Shown here piece by piece: positions 61,801-64,000 of a stretch of 64,000 nucleotides of DNA; position 1 is the first letter of the stretch; every line of letters begins with the position of its first letter. Source of the DNA: Amoebophrya sp. A120 (Eukaryota; Protista; Dinoflagellata); contig CAJINV010000004.1 in the NCBI GenBank assembly GCA_905178155.1, positions 6,640,933-6,704,932 on the forward strand, given 5' to 3'. The position numbers and the translations under genes are program-made. The notes under the pieces were generated by a model that saw nothing but the letters and a program-made list of their open reading frames with translations, had not been told where the DNA came from and ran no database searches.

Positions 61801-62904
61801 AACAACGCGGACCTCCAGCCGCACGGCGAGCCCCGCGGCTCCCCCGGCAGTGTGGAGGAAGACCACTTGCAGGAGAGTAACCCACTCGGCGCGCTGATCA
61901 AACCCGGCGCGATCTCGGCCTTGATGCTGGGCAGCGAGAGCGAGGACGCCGTGACATTGAGGGACAACGATTTTTCTCCCTCCTCCCGCGGCAACGGCGG
62001 TGACACGGCCAGGGACGACCCCTTTCCCAACGAAGTAGTGACCACGGGTCCAGGCGGCAATTCCAGCAGCTCCACCGGTGGGGAGGGGCGGCCGCCCGTC
62101 GCGCCCGGCGGGACGAACAAGCAGAGTACAACTTCTTCTGGTGGTGCCGGTGCCCCCCCAGCCCCACCGATGGAACCCGTCGCAGAAGGGACAGACGAGA
62201 AGAGCCAGGGGGAGCCTCCAGCCTCAACATCAGCACCGCCGGAGGAAACAGCGCCGCCGCCACCGGTAGAGGACGGTGTAGTAGTTGCAACGAAAGTAGA
62301 AAGTGAAAATCCTCCGGCGGCAACCGCGCCTGCCGGTCCGCCGGCGGACGGCGAAACAATAGCAGCGGAGGGCAAGAAGCCGTCCAAGGAAGAACCGTCA
62401 CCCGGGGAAAGCAACGCATCACCAGCAGCAGTTGACGCAAAAGCGCCTGACGGATCCGCGAAAAATACGTCGTCTAGTTGTACTGCAGCCCCGACGGGTG
62501 CCGTAAAAGGGAAAGCGGCGGAGGCTGCTCCGGCGGAGGAGCCGAGTGGTGCGAAAACGGAACAGGAACCCAGCAGCAGTACGAGTGCCAAAGTAGACCC
62601 AGCACCTGCTAGCGGCTCCAAGGACCACCAGGGCGCAGCTGCTAGTGCAGGAAAAAAAGACGCTACAGCTGGTGCGAGCAAGAAAGACACAACAGATGCG
62701 GGTGAGAAAACTTCTCCCTCTCCTGCGCCCCCGGGTTCGAGTCCGCCGGATTCCCCGACCTCGTCTTCCTCGGACAACTCTCCCGCGAGCTCGTCTCCGT
62801 CGGGATCGGGGTCCGGATCCTCCGACAGCTCTGAATCAGATTCGTCGCCAGCGTCGAAAAAAACCGGAAGCGAGGAGCCGGCATCCCCGGCGGGGAAGAA
62901 GTAA
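52879..62904 (+). CDS. Large coiled-coil protein with Pro/Gln/Asn-rich N-terminus and Ala/Pro/Ser/Glu-rich C-terminus (~1696 aa, 21 exons; 15 introners + 5 GT-AG introns)
   Basis: Exons 52879-53459, 53617-53664, 53938-54005, 54241-54419, 54683-54807, 55065-55119, 55387-55443, 55708-55783, 56110-56195, 56464-56497, 56796-56983, 57157-57303, 57474-57605, 57873-58068, 58356-58536, 58807-58907, 59128-59430, 59595-59647, 59889-60213, 60482-60550, 60818-62904 sum to 5091 nt in one frame; the central exons are E/Q/K/R/L-rich. Confidence 0.72.
53460..53611. mobile_element. Introner family D
   Basis: TATCCTGTGCAAAAGTATCG/CGATACTTTTGCAGTTCATA; TSD AGTAA/AGTAA; close relative of 46323-46471. Confidence 0.9.
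53665..53932. mobile_element. Introner family A
   Basis: Family A TIRs; TSD ATCCT/ATCCT. Confidence 0.92.
54808..55059. mobile_element. Introner family A
   Basis: Family A TIRs; TSD CGGGC/CGGGC. Confidence 0.92.
55120..55381. mobile_element. Introner family A
   Basis: Family A TIRs; TSD GGGAG/GGGAG. Confidence 0.92.
55784..56104. mobile_element. Introner family B
   Basis: CCCTCCCCATATC/GATATGGGGAGGG TIRs (ends ATG); TSD CAATG/CAACG. Confidence 0.88.
56196..56458. mobile_element. Introner family A
   Basis: Family A TIRs; TSD TCGAG/TCGAG; same subfamily and orientation as 18185-18437. Confidence 0.92.
56498..56790. mobile_element. Introner family E
   Basis: TATCCTGTGTAAAAACG/CGTTTTTACATAGGATA; TSD AGAGA/AGAGA. 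Confidence 0.9.
57322..57385. repeat. Tandem duplication (33-nt period, 2 copies) inside GT-AG intron 57304-57473
   Basis: ATCTGTAATGCCGAACGTGCAT(G/C)AGGACACT at 57322 and 57355. Confidence 0.9.
57606..57867. mobile_element. Introner family A
   Basis: Family A TIRs; TSD TCCGG/TACGG. Confidence 0.92.
58069..58350. mobile_element. Introner family A
   Basis: Family A TIRs; TSD AAACA/AAACA. Confidence 0.9.
58537..58801. mobile_element. Introner family G
   Basis: TATGACCCGCTCAAACGTTACAATCTCAAACGTTACAGTAGAAT/ATTCTATTGTAACGTTTGAGATTGTAACACCTGACCGGGTTATA; TSD CAGAA/CAGAA. Confidence 0.92.
58908..59122. mobile_element. Introner family D-like (degenerate)
   Basis: TATCCTGCCGTGCAAAAG/CTTTTGCAATGATCCATA; TSD ACCCT/TCCTT; removal restores frame. 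Confidence 0.72.
59431..59589. mobile_element. Introner family D
   Basis: TATGCATTGCAAAAGTATCG/CGATACTTTTGCACAGGATA; TSD CGGCG/CAGTG. Confidence 0.88.
59648..59883. mobile_element. Introner family A (degenerate right end)
   Basis: Left family A TIR; right end ATATTTGCACTGGATC; TSD ATACC/ACACA; removal restores frame. Confidence 0.78.
60214..60476. mobile_element. Introner family A
   Basis: Family A TIRs; TSD CTTGC/CCTGC. Confidence 0.92.
60551..60812. mobile_element. Introner family A
   Basis: Family A TIRs; TSD GGGCG/GGGCG. Confidence 0.92.
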
Positions 62905-63801
62905 GGGCGGTGGTGGAGGTGCTCTGTAGGTGGTGAAACCCTGGGTCAATTAGTAGAACCAGGTTAAAACTAAAGATTGTTGATTCGATAATATGCTTAG
63001 GCACAAATAAACACCGTAAAATAGTACTACAATCCTAATTCATTGCAGTTCTTCCTCGATTGAGGTCGACAAACACACAACGAAAAAGGTTAAACTTGAT
63101 GATGCGTTATTTCTGGTATTTATTTTCACTTCCTGGATTTGGATTCTGCATTTGCTTTACACTCAACGAAACGTAAAAATGGTGAGTCCTGTGATATCAG
63201 ATAGTCCCAATAAGATGAAAAACGGACGCGCAGTCTCAGTCACGTTTTGGGAACAAATTTCACGAAGTCCGAGGTACACAAGACTTGTTATCGCGCTAAG
63301 TTAAAGTTTGCACTGGAACATCTGAAGGTATACGCACTGTTTTTTATGACTTACATCAGATCGAGATCGACGGGGACGTGCTGTTACAGAGGCTTGGTCT
63401 GAAGCGAAATAAACAAGGGACAGCGGATTCGGATTTCTCAGTGCAGATTGCAAGAACTCCTTCGTACAACTATGAAGCCTTGCTGCATACTTACAGGAGA
63501 TAAGTTCAGGCGACACCGCCCTCAGAGTCTACTTATCTGTTCTGCAGCATGGTCTTCTATTGATTGTTGAGATCTCCGCCTGAGACGAGGAGCCATTTGG
63601 AGAGAAAGAGCCACCACAGTCTTGTAAAAGTGCAGTCCAATAAATATAGATAATGTGAGAGACGGGAGGACCCGACCAAAACAAAGAGAAGACGAAGAGG
63701 TGAACGAGAAGAGTATAGAAGAATGACATGATCAATCAACACGACAGCACAAAAATTAATAGATATCAGCACGTACAACTGCGTAGAAGAAGCTAAGCAA
63801 G

Positions 63802-64000
63802 ATGCGTCTGCGCGGCAATTACATTGCTTCGCAGGTCGTCGTTGCTGCGATCCTGCTCAGCTGTACAACTACGGCCAAAGCGCTTTCTCCGGTAGTAGGG
63901 GAAGAAGAGTATGCGGATGAGCCAGTACTATCTGCGGTTCGTGGTGGCGCCCCCGCCAAGAAGCGGGGGGGGGGTCGGGGGACCTCCTCTTCCATGATGG
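63802..64000 (+). CDS. 5' end of a probable secreted protein (runs off window)
   Basis: ATG 63802 opens MRLRGNYIASQVVVAAILLSCTTTAKA-LSPVVGEEEYADE..., a signal-peptide-like start with no stop before the window end. Confidence 0.5.
   Translation, partial: MRLRGNYIASQVVVAAILLSCTTTAKALSPVVGEEEYADEPVLSAVRGGAPAKKRGGGRGTSSSMM

Noticed and set aside
61617-62777. Long minus-strand ORFs (also 32418-33332, 40857-41861, 7809-8675)
   Set aside because: Antisense shadows of GC3-rich plus-strand exons.
237-62904. Interpreting the interrupted genes as transposon-killed pseudogenes
   Set aside because: No stops or frameshifts were found in the reconstructed exons, catalytic motifs are intact, and one removal rule restores every frame.

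Overview
Eukaryotic (protist) genomic DNA. The architecture closely resembles what has been reported for the parasitic syndinian dinoflagellate Amoebophrya; this attribution is inferred from architecture, not from a search. Twelve protein-coding genes all lie on the + strand: two SAM-methyltransferase-like genes, Tim17, a CXIP4/SREK1IP1-like zinc-knuckle protein, an SLC35A-like nucleotide-sugar transporter, a FUT8/GT23-like fucosyltransferase and several large low-complexity or coiled-coil unknowns. The dominant feature is about 58 short (145-375 nt) non-autonomous DNA-transposon-like insertions (introners) in about 10 families, all inside coding sequence. Nearly all start with TAT and end with ATA, carry family-specific terminal inverted repeats (TIRs) and are flanked by a 5-bp target-site duplication (TSD). 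Removing the element plus one TSD copy restores an open frame at every junction I traced by hand, and the complete spliced gene models sum to multiples of three. Only 4 of the 57 complete elements can be read as GT-AG introns, and the same subfamily occurs in both orientations, so these appear to be orientation-independent non-canonical introns. The families share an internal GCAT(G/C/T)ACAA motif that also survives in some GT-AG introns. Thirteen ordinary GT-AG introns coexist in the same genes. An unexplained GC-rich, palindrome-rich island lies at about 38.86-40.16 kb. No transposase is visible in the window. Coordinates and counts are manual and splicing is inferred, with no transcript data.
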